Positions 23,244 to 32,382 of a stretch of DNA of 64,000 nt are shown here, one piece after another. Position numbers and translations under genes: made by a program. The stretch comes from an uncultured Acidobacteriota bacterium (GTDB lineage Bacteria; Acidobacteriota; Thermoanaerobaculia; Multivoradales; UBA5704), in NCBI GenBank assembly GCA_963700145.1, contig OY969474.1, positions 2,368,001 to 2,432,000 on the forward strand. Direction: 5' to 3'. Position 1 is the stretch's first letter. Every line of letters begins with the position of its first letter. A model generated the notes under the pieces. It saw only the letters and a program-made list of their open reading frames with translations. It was not told the origin of the DNA and did no database searches.

Positions 23244-23504
23244 TCAGCCGGGCGGCTCCTGCGCCTTGTCCCGCCCCTCCGCCCAGCGCTGGCAGCGGCG
23301 GTGGAGGGTGGCGAGGAGCCAGGCGTCCTTGTCGGCGATGCGGTCCCAGCGGTAGGTCAAGACGAGCGCCACCTCGTGGAGGATGCGCTCGGCGTCGGCG
23401 GCGGGGAGCCGGAAGCGCGCGAAGAGGCGCTCGGCATCGGGCTGCAGCCGGCGCAGCAGCTCGGCCAGCCCCTCGCTGCCCGAGGGGCCCTTGGACGGGA
23501 CCAT
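23244..23504 (-). CDS. Small protein resembling an isolated ECF sigma region 2
   Basis: RFRLPAADAERILHEV...WDRIADKDAWLLATLHRRC; no region 4. Confidence 0.5.
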   Translation of the reverse strand: MVPSKGPSGSEGLAELLRRLQPDAERLFARFRLPAADAERILHEVALVLTYRWDRIADKDAWLLATLHRRCQRWAEGRDKAQEPPG

Positions 23505-23555
23505 AAGAAGAGCGCGCGTCGGGGCGCGCGGGGGAACGAGCTTAGGGGCGCAACG

Positions 23556-23927
23556 TCATGCGACGCGGCTCTCGGCCGCTTCGTGCATCTCGTCGGGGTC
23601 GTACTCGTAGAGCAGCGAGCGGACCGTCAGGCTCGGCGCCACCGCCATCCCCTCCTCGTAGCTCCACATCGGGATCGTCTCCCACGGGCAGTAGCGGGCG
23701 CAGAGCTGGCAGCCGATGCAGCGCTCGAGGTCCACTTCGACGAGCTTCATGAAGTCGCGGTGCTCGGGGCCGGGGACGATCTCGATGCAGTCCACCGGGC
23801 AGAAGGCGATGCAGGCCTCGCAGCCGGTGCAGCCGGTCTGGTCGATGACCGCGAGCTGCTTCGGCGCCTTGGCGCGCGGCGGCTTGTCGATCTCGATCTT
23901 CTTGGCGTAGGGAAAGCTTTCGGGCAT
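23556..23927 (-). CDS. 2x[4Fe-4S] ferredoxin
   Basis: CTGCEACIAFCP and CIGCQLCARYCP. Confidence 0.92.
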   Translation of the reverse strand: MPESFPYAKKIEIDKPPRAKAPKQLAVIDQTGCTGCEACIAFCPVDCIEIVPGPEHRDFMKLVEVDLERCIGCQLCARYCPWETIPMWSYEEGMAVAPSLTVRSLLYEYDPDEMHEAAESRVA

Positions 23928-23988
23928 CGGGTCTCCGGCCGCGGACGGCGCGCGGATGGTATCAAAAGCGCGTGGCAGAATCCCCGCC

Positions 23989-25035
23989 ATGATCGTCGAG
24001 CGGGTGGCGTGCTTCGTCCGGGACCCGCAGGCGGGATCATTCGACGAGCTGGCTCTCGCCGCCTTCGCCTGGCAGCACGAGCGGATCGAGCCCTACCGCC
24101 GCCTCTGCGCGGCGCGCGGCGCCACACCCGCGACGGTCGCCGACTGGCGGCAGGTGCCGCCGGTCCCCGCCTCTGCCTTCAAGACGATGGAGCTGGCCGC
24201 GGCGCCGGCGGTCGAGGTCTTCAGGAGCAGCGGCACGACGGCGGGGCCGGAGGAGCGGAGCGTCCACCGGCACCCCTTCCCGGAGCTCTATCGCCAGACG
24301 ATCGACGCCGCTTTCCCGGGCTACTGCCTGCCCGCGGCGGCACACGTCCCGATGCTCTCGCTGATCCCGCCGCGGGCGCAGGCGCCGGACTCCAGCCTCG
24401 CCTTCATGATCGACCACGTCCTCGCCCGCTGGGGCTCACCGGAGAGCGTCGTCGCCGTCGGCCCGCGCGGCGTCGAGGCGGCACGCGCCCGCTCCTGGGC
24501 CGGGGCGCGCCAGCGCGAGGGGCGGCCGGTGCTGGTGCTCGGCACCTCGCTGGCCCACCTGCAGTGGCTGGAGACGCTGGAGCGGCAGGACCTGCGCTTC
24601 CGCCTGCCGCCCGGGAGCGCGGCCTTCGACACCGGCGGCTTCAAGGGGCGGGGCCGGGAAACGGCGCCCGGCGAGCTGCATGCGCGACTCGCCGACCGCC
24701 TCGCCGTGCCGCCCGACCGCGTGGTGCGCGAGTACGGCATGACCGAGCTGACGAGCCAGCTTTACACGCGGGCACTCGCCGGCGGCGACCCGGAGCTGTT
24801 CGTCGCGCCGCACTGGGTGCGGGTGCGGGTGCTCGATCCGGAGACGCTGGAGGAGGCGCCGCCGGGGCGCCCCGGGCTGGTGGCCGTCTTCGACCTCGCC
24901 AATCTCGGCTCGGCCGTGCATCTCTTGACCGAGGACCTGGGGGCGATGGAAGAGGGGGGACTCCGGCTCCTCGGCCGCGCAGCGGGCGCCGGCCTGCGCG
25001 GCTGCTCGCTGGCGGCCGAGGAGCTGGAAGCCTGA
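23989..25035 (+). CDS. LuxE-like acyl-protein synthetase
   Basis: FRSSGTT, DTGGFKGRGRE, EYGMTELTSQ, DLAN, TEDLG, LLGR and C-terminal RGCS (acyl-accepting Cys). Confidence 0.85.
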   Translation: MIVERVACFVRDPQAGSFDELALAAFAWQHERIEPYRRLCAARGATPATVADWRQVPPVPASAFKTMELAAAPAVEVFRSSGTTAGPEERSVHRHPFPELYRQTIDAAFPGYCLPAAAHVPMLSLIPPRAQAPDSSLAFMIDHVLARWGSPESVVAVGPRGVEAARARSWAGARQREGRPVLVLGTSLAHLQWLETLERQDLRFRLPPGSAAFDTGGFKGRGRETAPGELHARLADRLAVPPDRVVREYGMTELTSQLYTRALAGGDPELFVAPHWVRVRVLDPETLEEAPPGRPGLVAVFDLANLGSAVHLLTEDLGAMEEGGLRLLGRAAGAGLRGCSLAAEELEA

Positions 25036-25041
25036 GCCGTC

Positions 25042-27144
25042 CTACTCGAACGCGCAGACGCTCTCGAGGAGCGCCGCGTCGTGCCCCGTCCCGAGGCCCT
25101 GCTTCGTCGTCTTGAGCACCGTCACCCAGCCCTGCGAGACGACCCCGAAGAGCTCGGCGTCGCGGTGGCCGAGGTCGATCTCGGTCCAGCCGAACGGCTC
25201 GGTCACGTCGAGCGCCGCGCTGCCGACCACGACTGCCTGCGTCGCCAGCGGGAAGCGCTGGCGGGTGGCCGGAAGCGTCGTCACCCCTTCCTCCTCGTCC
25301 CAGGCCACCAGCTCGGGGGCCCCGAGCGGCGCCCACGACGGCGCGCCGCTGCAGTCGACCGGCGCCGCCGCGGCGCTCTTGGTGTCGCGCCAGATGGTGA
25401 GCACGGTCTCGGCCCCGCTCGTCCCGCCCTGTGCGTAGCTCGCCGCGAAGCGGGCGCCGAGCGGCTGGCGGTTGTCGCTCGCCTGGCCGCCGACGTAGCG
25501 GCCGTAGAAGGTATAGCCGGAGCCGTACGCCGTCTCGTCGGCCGCGATGTGCACCGCCTGCTCGCCCTGGGCGATCCGCTTGCGCGAGTCGACGTAGGCG
25601 TACTCGCCGAGAAGCACGTTGTCGTTGGCCGCCACGCCGTGGCCGCCGTCGACGAAGTAGCCCGCGGACGAGGGGTTGAGCGGCGAGCAGGAGTTGACGA
25701 CGTCCACCGTCACGTAGCCGGTGGCCAGGAGGCCCTGGCGCGGGCTGGCGTGGCAGAGGCCGCGGAGCTTGCGGCCGGTCAGGGCCCGCTGCAGCGGCTC
25801 GGCCGCCACCAGCGCCGGCGCCAGGGTGGCGCCGCAGCCCGAGAACTGAGTGGCGCCGTCGGAAAGTGCGCCGACCGGGCTCGTCGCCGCCCCGGTCTCC
25901 GGCAGCACGCCGTTCTCCAGAATGTCGCGCAGGTTGAGCGTCTGCACGTCGAAGCCGGAGAGATAGAGGTTGAAGGTCAGGCTCGGGACCGCCCAGTCGC
26001 TCCACAGGGTGACGCTCACCAGGTGGGCGCGCGAGTCGGCGTTGGTGATCGAGACCATCGTGGTGAGGCCGTTCGGGGTGCCGAGATCGACGCCGAACCA
26101 GGGAATCAGCAGCGTCGCAGCCGGCCGCACCGAGACGCGGCAGTCGCCGCCGTCCGGACAGGCCGGGCCTTCCGCCACGTCTTCGCAGGCGTCGCCGAGG
26201 CCGTCGCCGTCGTCGTCGAGCTGGGCGGGGTTGGCGGAGGACGGGCAGTTGTCGCAGGCGTCGCCGAGGCCGTCGAGGTCGCTGTCGGCCTGGTCGGCGT
26301 TGACCGTCTCCGGGCAGTTGTCGCCGAGGTCGGTGCCTTCGCCGACGTCGTCCCCGCCGGGTGGGATCGGATCCACCGGCGGGAGGCCGCCGCCAGGGGG
26401 TTGGTTACCGCCGCCGGGGGGCGGGGTTCCGCCACCGGGAGGCGGGGTTCCGCCGCCCGGAGGGGGCGGCTCGCCGCCGCCGGCCGGGGGAGGCGGAGGG
26501 GGCGGCGTTCCCAGGGTCGCCAGGTAGAAGGTCTCGAAGCCGCCGTCGGTGTCGCTGATCGTGGCGGCGAGGCCGACGCGGTTCTCGCCGTCGGCGAAGG
26601 CGGCGGCCGCCGAGGACGGATCGTCGAGGGCGAAGGCCCAGCCGGCTTTGCCGACGCCGGAGTCGGTCGCGTCGATCACCAGGGGCACGACGCCGAGCGA
26701 CGCCTGGAAGAGCACCGCTCCGTCCGGAGCCAGGATGCGCATCGCCAGCGCCTCGATCCGCAGGCGGTTCTTCGTCCCGCCCTTGGGCTCGTTGGCGTTA
26801 AAGACGAGCAGGAACTGCTCGGGCGTGGGGTCGCCGACCTCGGCGAGGCGGCGGGTGAGGGTCTGCGAGGCCCCCTTCTTCTCGTCGCCGCCGGCGATCC
26901 CCGCCGGGCAGCCGGGCGCGCCGGGACCGAAGACGTCGGCGCTGCCATTCCAGGAGACGCAGCCCGACTCCAGGTCCTGCTCCTGGATAGTGAGCAGCGT
27001 CTTCACGTGGCCGAGGCCGCTGCCCTGGTGCTGCACGGGGCCGGCGTAGCTGAGCCCCGCGCCGCGCGCGGCGGCCGGGACGATCAGCGCTGCGAAGGCG
27101 AGGACTGCGAGTGAAGGGAGTACACGACGACCGACAGGAACCAT
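25042..27144 (-). CDS. Secreted modular protein with Pro/Gly linker, thrombospondin type-3 repeats and a PAATLL-type C-terminal domain
   Basis: Signal peptide, PPPGGG repeats, [27 protein letters not shown] and [14 protein letters not shown]. Confidence 0.85.
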   Translation of the reverse strand: MVPVGRRVLPSLAVLAFAALIVPAAARGAGLSYAGPVQHQGSGLGHVKTLLTIQEQDLESGCVSWNGSADVFGPGAPGCPAGIAGGDEKKGASQTLTRRLAEVGDPTPEQFLLVFNANEPKGGTKNRLRIEALAMRILAPDGAVLFQASLGVVPLVIDATDSGVGKAGWAFALDDPSSAAAAFADGENRVGLAATISDTDGGFETFYLATLGTPPPPPPPAGGGEPPPPGGGTPPPGGGTPPPGGGNQPPGGGLPPVDPIPPGGDDVGEGTDLGDNCPETVNADQADSDLDGLGDACDNCPSSANPAQLDDDGDGLGDACEDVAEGPACPDGGDCRVSVRPAATLLIPWFGVDLGTPNGLTTMVSITNADSRAHLVSVTLWSDWAVPSLTFNLYLSGFDVQTLNLRDILENGVLPETGAATSPVGALSDGATQFSGCGATLAPALVAAEPLQRALTGRKLRGLCHASPRQGLLATGYVTVDVVNSCSPLNPSSAGYFVDGGHGVAANDNVLLGEYAYVDSRKRIAQGEQAVHIAADETAYGSGYTFYGRYVGGQASDNRQPLGARFAASYAQGGTSGAETVLTIWRDTKSAAAAPVDCSGAPSWAPLGAPELVAWDEEEGVTTLPATRQRFPLATQAVVVGSAALDVTEPFGWTEIDLGHRDAELFGVVSQGWVTVLKTTKQGLGTGHDAALLESVCAFE

Positions 27145-27220
27145 GACTGGGAACCTCCGCTGATGTGCTGCATTCGTGGTGAATGACCCGATTCCCCCAC
27201 CCGCCCAACTGCGCGGCAAT

Positions 27221-27236
27221 AGCAACTCGAATGCCA
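27221..27236 (-). promoter_or_regulatory. Sigma-54 (-24/-12) promoter
   Basis: TGGCATTCGAGTTGCT, about 77 nt upstream of the secreted TSP3 gene. Confidence 0.7.
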
Positions 27237-27286
27237 TCGACGGGCGCGCATAAAACAGTCCGGCCGCGCGGAGGTAGCATCACCCC

Positions 27287-27742
27287 ATGAACCGACCGTC
27301 CGCCGCCTCCCGTGACCTCGCCAAGCTCGACGACTTCACGCCCGGGCAAATCGCCTCGTTCTCGAAGACGATCGGCGAGGTGGAGCTGGCGCTCTTCGTG
27401 GCGTTGAGCGGCGACGTGAACCCGTTGCACGTCGACGAGGAGTTCGCGCGCCGGACGTTCTTCGGCGGCCGCATCGCCCACGGGTTGCTGTCGGCGTCGC
27501 TCATCTCGACGGTGATCGGCACGCTCCTCCCCGGCACCGGCGCGATCTACAAGAGCCAGAGCCTGCGCTTCCTCCTCCCCGTCCACCCCGGCGACACGCT
27601 GACCGCGACCGTCGAGGTGCGCGACCTCGACCGCGCGCAGGGTGACCTCCACCTCGCCACGCAGGTCGCCAACCAGCGCGGCGAGGCGGTGATCGAAGGC
27701 GAGGCGGTCGTCGGGTTAGTGCGGCGGCTGCGGGACGGCTGA
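27287..27742 (+). CDS. MaoC/PhaJ-family (R)-enoyl-CoA hydratase
   Basis: FVALSGDVNPLHVD...RIAHGLL hydratase motif. Confidence 0.92.
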   Translation: MNRPSAASRDLAKLDDFTPGQIASFSKTIGEVELALFVALSGDVNPLHVDEEFARRTFFGGRIAHGLLSASLISTVIGTLLPGTGAIYKSQSLRFLLPVHPGDTLTATVEVRDLDRAQGDLHLATQVANQRGEAVIEGEAVVGLVRRLRDG

Positions 27743-28219
27743 GCCCGCGCCGGCCGCGGCTTCCCAGCGGGCGCGCAGCGCCGCCACCCGCCGGCGGTTG
27801 ACGCCGCGATCGGAGATGCCGATGCGGGAGCCGGAGCGCAGGTGGACGACCTGCGCTTCCGGATCGACCTGGGCCTCGAGGTCGTCGACGAAGCCGAAGA
27901 AGCGCGAGCGGACCTCGGCATGGAGGTAGCCGCCGCCCTGCTGAACGACGCGGCTGCGCGGCAGGCCGGCGACGACCGCGGCCAAGTGCTCGAGCGCCTC
28001 CTCCGGCGCCCCCGAGAACGGCAGCGGCTCGACCGCCCGCCCGCCGCAGCCCGGCTGCGAGCAGACGCAGTTGGTGGCGAAGCGGCAGGGGCGAAGGCGG
28101 CCGTCCTTCAGGCCGCGCGTACGCGGCCGCCGCGACTGCGCCGCCAGCCAGCCGAGGTACGCCGAGTAGGCCGCGGCGAGGGCGGCGAGGACGAGGAGGG
28201 TGAGGAGGCCGCCGGACAT
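27716..28219 (-). CDS. DUF1499 family protein
   Basis: LRPC...NCVCSQ, FGFVDDLE and RSGSRIGISDRGVNRRRV. Confidence 0.85.
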   Translation of the reverse strand: MSGGLLTLLVLAALAAAYSAYLGWLAAQSRRPRTRGLKDGRLRPCRFATNCVCSQPGCGGRAVEPLPFSGAPEEALEHLAAVVAGLPRSRVVQQGGGYLHAEVRSRFFGFVDDLEAQVDPEAQVVHLRSGSRIGISDRGVNRRRVAALRARWEAAAGAGSAVPQPPH

Positions 28220-28265
28220 TGGCGGAAGCGCGGCGCCGGGCCGAGCCGCGGGCGCGCGCGGGGAG

Positions 28266-29699
28266 CTAGGCGGCCGCCTCGCCCGAGGTGCGGTGGGCGC
28301 GGAGGAAGGTCTCCGGCTTGCTGAAGACCTTGGCCAGGTTCATCCCCTTGCGCACCGCGCCGAGCGAGACCTTGCCGGTGGCCAGCGCGGCGCCGAGCTG
28401 GAAGTAGGTGCGCGCCTTGCCGCGGTGGCGGTAGCGCACCTCGAGGGCATGCCGCCAGAGGCGCGAGTACTCGGCGTAGAACTCCTCGAGCGGCAGCTTC
28501 GTCGGCAGCACGGTGTGGACGATGTCGTACATCTCCCAGTCGTGCGTCGTGACGTTCTGCTTCGCGGTCTCCCAGAGGTCGGTGCCGGGCAGGGGCGTCA
28601 GGATCGAGAAGCCGCTGTTGTAGGCGCCGGTCGTGGCGATCCACTCGCGCAGGCGGGCGAAGTCCTCGTGGTCCCACGCCGGGTCGACGATGAAGTTGGG
28701 GGTGAAGCCGACGCCCATCTCCTTGAGGATCTCGATCGCCCGGCGGTTGTTGGCCGCCGTGTTGTGCTTGTTGACCAGCTCGAGCCCCGCGTCGGTGATC
28801 GATTCGAGGCCGAGGAAGATCGCCAGGTTGCCGCATCCCTTCCACAGCTCGATCAGGTGCGGGAACTTACAGATGATGTCGGTGCGGGTCTGGACGGTGA
28901 AGTACTTCTTGATCCCCGCCGCCTGGATGGCGCGCGCGATCTGCTCGCTGCGCCGTACGTCCATCCAGAAGATGTCGTCGATGACGAAGATGTTCTCGGC
29001 CTCGATGGCCTGCAGCTCGGCGACGACGCGCTCGGCCGACTTCTCGCGGAAGGTGCTCTCGTGGAACTTCCAGACCGAGCAGAAGTTGCACTTGAAGGGG
29101 CAGCCGCGCGCCATCTCGATCAGCGCCAAGGGCTTGCGGAAGTTGATGTAGTAGTGCGGCGCGTACTCGGCGATCAGGTGCCGCGCCGGCAGGGCGTAGG
29201 AGTCGAGGTCGGCGCGCATCGGGGCGCAGCCGGTGGCGACGGGTCGGCCGTCGACGTTGAGCAGCAGACCGGGCGCCTGGCGCAGGTCGCCGCCGCGCTC
29301 CAGCGCCTCGACCAGCGGCGGCATGACCTCCTCGCCGTCGCCGATCGCCACCGCGTCCACGCCCTCGCCGATGAACCACTCCGGCTCGCGCGAGGCGTCG
29401 TGGCCGCCGATGACGACGAAGGCCTCGGGCAACATGCGCTTGACCTGGCGGACGAGCCGGAGCGTCCGCCGCCGTTCGGTGGTGAAGTTGCACTGCAGGC
29501 CCACGACCTGCGGCGCGAAGTCGAGGCAGCGGGCGAGCCCCTTCTCCTCGCCGTCGATGCGCAGGTCGAAGACCGCGCAGCGGTGCCCCGCCTCCTCCAG
29601 CTGGGCGGCGACGCAGATCATCCCCAGCGGCTCGACGAAGGTGAGCATCTCGAGCCCGAGGATGCCGCCGATCGGCGGCTTGAGGAAGGCGACGTTCAT
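28266..29699 (-). CDS. B12-binding radical SAM methylase, HpnR-like
   Basis: Cobalamin domain (EPLG, IGGH, GDGE), RGCPFKCNFC, TPLPGT and VLPTKLPLEEFY. Confidence 0.85.
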   Translation of the reverse strand: MNVAFLKPPIGGILGLEMLTFVEPLGMICVAAQLEEAGHRCAVFDLRIDGEEKGLARCLDFAPQVVGLQCNFTTERRRTLRLVRQVKRMLPEAFVVIGGHDASREPEWFIGEGVDAVAIGDGEEVMPPLVEALERGGDLRQAPGLLLNVDGRPVATGCAPMRADLDSYALPARHLIAEYAPHYYINFRKPLALIEMARGCPFKCNFCSVWKFHESTFREKSAERVVAELQAIEAENIFVIDDIFWMDVRRSEQIARAIQAAGIKKYFTVQTRTDIICKFPHLIELWKGCGNLAIFLGLESITDAGLELVNKHNTAANNRRAIEILKEMGVGFTPNFIVDPAWDHEDFARLREWIATTGAYNSGFSILTPLPGTDLWETAKQNVTTHDWEMYDIVHTVLPTKLPLEEFYAEYSRLWRHALEVRYRHRGKARTYFQLGAALATGKVSLGAVRKGMNLAKVFSKPETFLRAHRTSGEAAA

Positions 29700-29717
29700 G
29701 GGAGCGTGGATCTTACC

Positions 29718-30563
29718 TCATGGCTCCAGCCAGAGGCCCACGGCGACGCTGCTCTCGTCGAAGCGGAAGAGCTCGCCGAGCGGCATGCGGCCGTCGTAGA
29801 GGGCGACGCCGAGGCGCCAGCGGCGGTCGCCGGCGGGGACGGAGAGGCCGAGGTGGAGGCTGGAGTCGAGGCGCCAGTCCTGCTCCTGCATCGCCTCCAG
29901 GTTGGCGGCCGCGTACCAGCCGAGCCGCTCGCGCGAGGGAAACGGGCGGTGCAGCTCGGCGCCGGCCTGCAGGCGCCCGCGCTCCTGGCCGAGCTCCCGC
30001 TTGACCTTGTAGCTCCACCCCGCTTCGCCGTAGAGCCGCGCGCCGCGGGCGCCGCTCCACGCCAGGCCGGCCGCGGCCTCCTCGCGGGTGTAGCCGAGGC
30101 GCCGGCGCCCGGTGCGCTCGACGTACTCGTCGCCGACGTGGGCGGAGACGTGCTTGGTGCCGAGCTGGACACTGACGCCGCGGCCGAGGCGCGTGCTGGC
30201 GAGGAAGCCGTAGGTGCCGTCCCAGCCGATGTTGTCGAGCGAGTGTGCGAGGTCGAACTGGCCGATGAAGCCGGCGTGGATGTCGAGCTGCCAGCCGCCG
30301 TCGGGCGCGCCCTCGGGGTGCACGCGGAAGAGGCCGAAGCGGCCGCCGAGCTTGAGGCCAATTCGGCTCGCCCCGGAGTCGGGGACGTCGGGATCGGGAA
30401 CGCGCAAGAGCATGAGCCCGAACTCCGGGCTGCGCGGGTCGGCGGTGTAGTGCGGGTAGAGGCGGTCGGGTGGGAAGAGACGGAAGCGAGCGGCGCCGGC
30501 GGTCGTCGGCGCGAGCAGGAGGGCGCCGGCGACCAGCAGGCCGGCGAGGCGCTGGAGCGGCAT
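29718..30563 (-). CDS. DUF1207-like exported/outer-membrane protein
   Basis: Signal peptide, YTADPRSP, HVSAHVGDE and beta-strand-rich C-terminus. Confidence 0.7.
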   Translation of the reverse strand: MPLQRLAGLLVAGALLLAPTTAGAARFRLFPPDRLYPHYTADPRSPEFGLMLLRVPDPDVPDSGASRIGLKLGGRFGLFRVHPEGAPDGGWQLDIHAGFIGQFDLAHSLDNIGWDGTYGFLASTRLGRGVSVQLGTKHVSAHVGDEYVERTGRRRLGYTREEAAAGLAWSGARGARLYGEAGWSYKVKRELGQERGRLQAGAELHRPFPSRERLGWYAAANLEAMQEQDWRLDSSLHLGLSVPAGDRRWRLGVALYDGRMPLGELFRFDESSVAVGLWLEP

Positions 30564-30578
30564 GCGACGGAGCGGTCT

Positions 30579-30803
30579 CTATCGCGTGAGCTGGAGGACA
30601 GGAGGCCTGTAGCGGGGCGCGGGAATCGGGTCTCCGTGCTCGTGGGCGACTTCAAGCCAACCTTCCTTCGCGCGCAGCACTTCGCTCAACGCCTCCTCGG
30701 GAGTGTCGCCGGAGGCGGAGCAGTAGCGCAGGTCCGGGACATCGGCGATCCAGCAGGCATCCTCGTCGCTCCAGAAGATGACGATCGGATACGCGTCGGT
30801 CAT
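30579..30803 (-). CDS. hicB: HicB-family antitoxin
   Basis: YPIVIFWSDED..WIADVPDL..CSASGDTPEEAL...GDPIPAP. Confidence 0.9.
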   Translation of the reverse strand: MTDAYPIVIFWSDEDACWIADVPDLRYCSASGDTPEEALSEVLRAKEGWLEVAHEHGDPIPAPRYRPPVLQLTR

Positions 30804-31057
30804 GAGCGACCCTCCAGGCGCAGATTGTAGTCCTCGATCAGCCCCAGGAGCTGGCGGATCTGATATGGCTTGGCTTTGCCGCGATCCGGTTGCACGGTCA
30901 TCTTCTCGGGCAGGCCCGGCCGGCGGAAGTGATGGTGACTCCCTTTGATTCGCACGCAGTGGAACCCGAGACCCTCCAAGAGGTCGCAGAAGGCGGCAAA
31001 ATCAACGTTCTGAACGTGTCCCTTGCGCAGGCGTTCCAGAAGCCGCCTTCGATCCAT
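30800..31057 (-). CDS. hicA: HicA-family toxin
   Basis: LLEGLGF..RIKGSHH.F...AKPYQIRQ; ATGA overlap with hicB. Confidence 0.88.
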   Translation of the reverse strand: MDRRRLLERLRKGHVQNVDFAAFCDLLEGLGFHCVRIKGSHHHFRRPGLPEKMTVQPDRGKAKPYQIRQLLGLIEDYNLRLEGRS

Positions 31058-31122
31058 GCTCCGAGCCCTCCTTGCGGAGGGAAGACGGAATACGGGATCT
31101 CTTTCTTTGCGCGCGGGTCTCC

Positions 31123-32382
31123 ATGAGGCCGCTGCGTGATGCGGCTCTGCCGCCGGGAATGGCGGCACCGCTGTTTGCGGGACGGGAGCGGGCGGGGGTT
31201 GAGTACGAGGGGGCGGTGTGGAACCCCGAGTTGCTGCGGGACCTCGTGGCGGGGTTGGCGGCGAGGGGGCCGGCGCTCGCGGGGCTCTCGGACGCGAGGA
31301 TCCTCGCGGCGTGGTCTGGGGCAGTGAGCGAGGTCGAGGGCGCTGTCGGGGATGTTCTCCCGGCTCTCTGCTGTCTCTCCCACGCCGGAACTCGCGCGGG
31401 GCTCGAGCGCGTGCTGGGTGGGGTGAGCGGGGAGCCGGCGCGGCGGCTTTTCGCGGAGGCTGCGCGGCGGGGCGGCGGGACTCGCGGCGGCGGGCCAGTG
31501 CTCGTGGTCTTGGCTTCGAACCTGCCTGGGCTTGCGGTGCAGCCGCTTCTCGCGCTTCTGGCGCTCCGCCGCCCAGTCCTCTTGAAGTCCCCCTCGGCCG
31601 AGCCGCTCTTCGCGCCGGCCTTCGTCGCGGCGCTCGCGGCGCGGGAGCCGGCTCTGGCCGGCGCGCTCGCCGCCGTGACCTGGCCGGGCGGCGACCGGGC
31701 GCTGGAGGCGCCGGTCCTGGCCGGGGTCGAGCGGGTGATCGCCTACGGCGAGCGCGAGAGCTTGGAGGACCTGGAGCGGCGCGCGCCGGGGAAGCTGGTC
31801 GGTTACGGGCCGAAGACGAGCCTGGCGGTGATCTCAAAGGAGGCGGTGAGAGCGGACGCGGCGGCTCGCTTGGCGGAAGACGTCGCCCTCTTCGATCAGC
31901 GCGGCTGCCTGTCCGTGACCGCGGTCTACACTGACGGCAATGCCGCCGCGCTGGCGCGCCACCTGGCCGCGGCGATGGCGGAGCTGGCCGAGCGCTGGCC
32001 GCCGGGGCCGGCCGTGGCGGCGGAGCTGGCCGCGGTGCAGCAGACGCGACTGGAAGCGGAGCTCAGGGGATTGGATGTCGTTCGGGTGGGAGCGGCGCTC
32101 GCCGCCGGCACCGTGATCGTCGAAGACGACCCCGCCTTTCGTCCTTCACCTGGATTGCGGACGGTGCGGGTGCACTCTCTCACCGATCTCGCCGTGCTGC
32201 CGCCACTCCTCGCGCCCTGGCGCGGCCTCCTCCAAGGCGTCGCGCTCGCCGGCGACGCCGCCCGGGCGCTCGCCGCCCCTCTCGCAGAGCTCGGGATCTC
32301 GCGCTGCGCGGCGCCGGGCGAGCTGCAGTCCCCCGACGCCCTCTGGCACAACGGCGGCGTGCACCCCTTGGACTTGATCTAA
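31123..32382 (+). CDS. LuxC-like acyl-CoA reductase
   Basis: ALDH-like fold motifs ASNLP, LLKSPS, VIAYG, YGPKTSL and DVALFDQRGCLS. Confidence 0.82.
   Translation: MRPLRDAALPPGMAAPLFAGRERAGVEYEGAVWNPELLRDLVAGLAARGPALAGLSDARILAAWSGAVSEVEGAVGDVLPALCCLSHAGTRAGLERVLGGVSGEPARRLFAEAARRGGGTRGGGPVLVVLASNLPGLAVQPLLALLALRRPVLLKSPSAEPLFAPAFVAALAAREPALAGALAAVTWPGGDRALEAPVLAGVERVIAYGERESLEDLERRAPGKLVGYGPKTSLAVISKEAVRADAAARLAEDVALFDQRGCLSVTAVYTDGNAAALARHLAAAMAELAERWPPGPAVAAELAAVQQTRLEAELRGLDVVRVGAALAAGTVIVEDDPAFRPSPGLRTVRVHSLTDLAVLPPLLAPWRGLLQGVALAGDAARALAAPLAELGISRCAAPGELQSPDALWHNGGVHPLDLI

Noticed and set aside
16918-23355. 2145-aa ORF and other very long ORFs (3634-5220, 13677-16568, 18041-21130, 25081-27114, 28200-30830, 35205-37370, 56645-58471)
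   Set aside because: These are Arg/Gly/Ala-rich shadow frames overlapping well-supported genes, as expected in very GC-rich DNA.
23989-32382. Bioluminescence operon
   Set aside because: luxA, luxB and luxD are absent and the luxE/luxC-like genes are not adjacent.
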